Source: an uncultured Pseudobdellovibrionaceae bacterium (lineage in GTDB: Bacteria; Bdellovibrionota; Bdellovibrionia; Bdellovibrionales; UBA1609). Taken from it: a stretch of DNA of 64,000 bases. A program made the position numbers and the translations under genes. The notes under the pieces are model-generated. The model worked only from the letters and a program-made list of their open reading frames with translations. It was not told where the DNA came from and searched no databases. The DNA lies in contig CAWDNU010000004.1 in assembly GCA_963803705.1 (NCBI GenBank), positions 544,001 through 608,000 on the forward strand. Direction: 5' to 3'. How positions within the stretch are numbered: the stretch's first letter is position 1; each line of letters starts with the position of its first letter. Below, one piece after another: positions 62,464 to 64,000 of this stretch.

Positions 62464-62907
62464 TTAGATGACCTCGACTGTTCCTCCGGCTTTTTCAATT
62501 GCCGCTTTTGCTGATTCACTAAACTTATGAACTTTGACATTGAGGTTCGTCGTTAAATCACCTTTGGTCAATATTTTAACTTTTACGTCACCTTTTTTAA
62601 CCAAACCCGCTTCTTGAAGGGTGAACAAATTAACTTCACCACTTAAACTATTTAGGTCACCTGTCATAACTATCTCATAGTGCTTTTTGAATTTAGCATT
62701 TGTAAATCCAAACTTAGGTAATCGTCGAATTAAAGGCATCTGGCCGCCTTCAAAACCAACGCGGACGCTGCTTCCAGTCCTTTGCTTTTGTCCTTTATGT
62801 CCTTTACCTGCAGTGGAACCTGTGCCGGAACCGTCGCCACGGCCAATTCTTTTTGCAGAAGACGTTGATCCTGAATGTTTCGTAAGTTGACTTAATAAAT
62901 TTGCCAT
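62464..62907 (-). CDS. rplO: 50S ribosomal protein L15
   Basis: GRG.GSG.G.T.G.GHKGQ, GFEGGQMPL.RRLPKFGF. Confidence 0.98.
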   Translation of the reverse strand: MANLLSQLTKHSGSTSSAKRIGRGDGSGTGSTAGKGHKGQKQRTGSSVRVGFEGGQMPLIRRLPKFGFTNAKFKKHYEIVMTGDLNSLSGEVNLFTLQEAGLVKKGDVKVKILTKGDLTTNLNVKVHKFSESAKAAIEKAGGTVEVI

Positions 62908-62944
62908 ATTTCCTTCCTATATAAAATAATTTGAAGCTGGTGTG

Positions 62945-63130
62945 CTACTTTATAGGTGTAACTTTCAGCAGATGTTGCATCTTAATAATTTGACCACGAG
63001 TTGCGGGATTATCGTTCAAAACGGATTCGGAGTCTATTCTACGTAAGCCCAAACACCTTAAAGTTTCTTTCTGGGTCTTGGTTGCACCAATCAAGCTTTT
63101 AACTAACTTAACCTTAAATTGTTTTGCCAT
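62945..63130 (-). CDS. rpmD: 50S ribosomal protein L30
   Basis: LVKSLIG, LGLRR, RG.I; position between rpsE and rplO. Confidence 0.95.
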   Translation of the reverse strand: MAKQFKVKLVKSLIGATKTQKETLRCLGLRRIDSESVLNDNPATRGQIIKMQHLLKVTPIK

Positions 63131-63160
63131 TTTTCCTTCCTAAATAAAAAAAAATTAAAA

Positions 63161-63628
63161 TTATAGCTCGAGTCTTTCTTTCAAAGTTTTGTCGGTCAAC
63201 TGGCTTAAGCCATTTAAAGTAGCTAAAACTGCATTATTTGGGTTACGAGTTCCAACACATTTAGTTAAGATATCTTTGATGCCCACCGACTCTAGAACTG
63301 CGCGAACAGGGCCTCCAGCGATGACACCTGTACCAGGTGCCGCTGGTCTTAAAATCACCCTAGCAGCTCCGAAAATTCCTATGACTTCATGAGGAATCGT
63401 TCTGTTGTCCTTCATGACGATTGCTTCCGCATTTTTTTTAGCAAGTCGTTCAGCCTTAGATATGGCCATTGGAACCTCATTAGACTTTCCTGTTCCAAAA
63501 CCAACTTTACCGGTCCCGTTACCAGCAACAACTAAAGCTGAGAATGAAAATCTACGTCCACCTTTAACAACTTTAGCCACCCTATTAATAGCAACAACTC
63601 TACCTTCAAATTCTTGTGATTGATCCAT
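63161..63628 (-). CDS. rpsE: 30S ribosomal protein S5
   Basis: [26 protein letters not shown]. Confidence 0.98.
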   Translation of the reverse strand: MDQSQEFEGRVVAINRVAKVVKGGRRFSFSALVVAGNGTGKVGFGTGKSNEVPMAISKAERLAKKNAEAIVMKDNRTIPHEVIGIFGAARVILRPAAPGTGVIAGGPVRAVLESVGIKDILTKCVGTRNPNNAVLATLNGLSQLTDKTLKERLEL

Positions 63629-63642
63629 CAAGTGACTCTCCC

Positions 63643-63995
63643 TTAAAATTCAAGTCCAGCTTCTCTTGCGCCATCCGCAAGAGCTTTAATACGACCGTGG
63701 TATACATAGCCACTACGATCAAAAATTATTTTAGTGATATTCTTAGACTTCGCAGCGTTAGCAATATTAGCTCACCAACTGCCTTTGCAGCGTCACAATT
63801 TGAAGTCGTTTTCAAACCTTCAACTTTATCAGATGAAAAAGAAACAAGTGTTTTACCCGCCACATCATCAACTAATTGAGCGTACATATGCTTAGAGGAT
63901 CTAAATACACTTAGCCTAGGTCTTTCAGCAGTGCCTTCAAGTTTCTTTCTAATCTGACTTTTGACTTTTGCTCTACTTTTTAAGCGATCACTCAT
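63643..63995 (-). CDS. rplR: 50S ribosomal protein L18, apparent frameshift near 63765
   Basis: [14 protein letters not shown]-terminal [26 protein letters not shown] lies in another frame. Confidence 0.9.
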
Positions 63996-64000
63996 TTTTT

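Noticed and set aside
58224..63879. Plus-strand ORFs over the ribosomal operon, and similar short antisense ORFs elsewhere
   Set aside because: They overlap well-supported genes on the opposite strand and show no motifs
1..64000. CRISPR array, cas genes, rRNA, retron or RT
   Set aside because: No regularly spaced repeat-spacer array, and no RT or Cas motifs seen; the HNH proteins lack RuvC motifs

Overview
AT-rich bacterial chromosomal window, most consistent with Bdellovibrionota. This is an inference from Topo VI, a 'YQNC'-type signal and secreted proteins carrying a post-signal CxxFL motif. 1-26.9 kb: signalling and housekeeping genes, a top6B-top6A pair flanked by two HNH genes, and secreted orphan proteins behind sigma54-like promoters. 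27-46 kb: a surface-glycan locus (GT2/GT8, two MsbA-like ABC transporters, ugd, galE, UDP-glucuronate decarboxylase) with an IS481 inserted in a TupA-like gene, a decayed GT2 paralog and many frameshifts. 46-50 kb: greB, a type IB topoisomerase and a decayed integrative-element remnant (mazF pseudogene) at tRNA-Arg(TCT). 50-64 kb: pgi, galU, TIGR03546/03545-like genes, an FG-GAP protein and the end of the spc/alpha ribosomal operons. The most striking unexplained signal is four long, near-perfect intergenic palindromes. Two of them, 36 kb apart, share a conserved inner scaffold including an identical 24-mer while their outer duplex arms differ. No CRISPR array or rRNA was seen. All product calls come from motif recognition, not database searches. 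A frameshift in rplR suggests that some indels are assembly errors.
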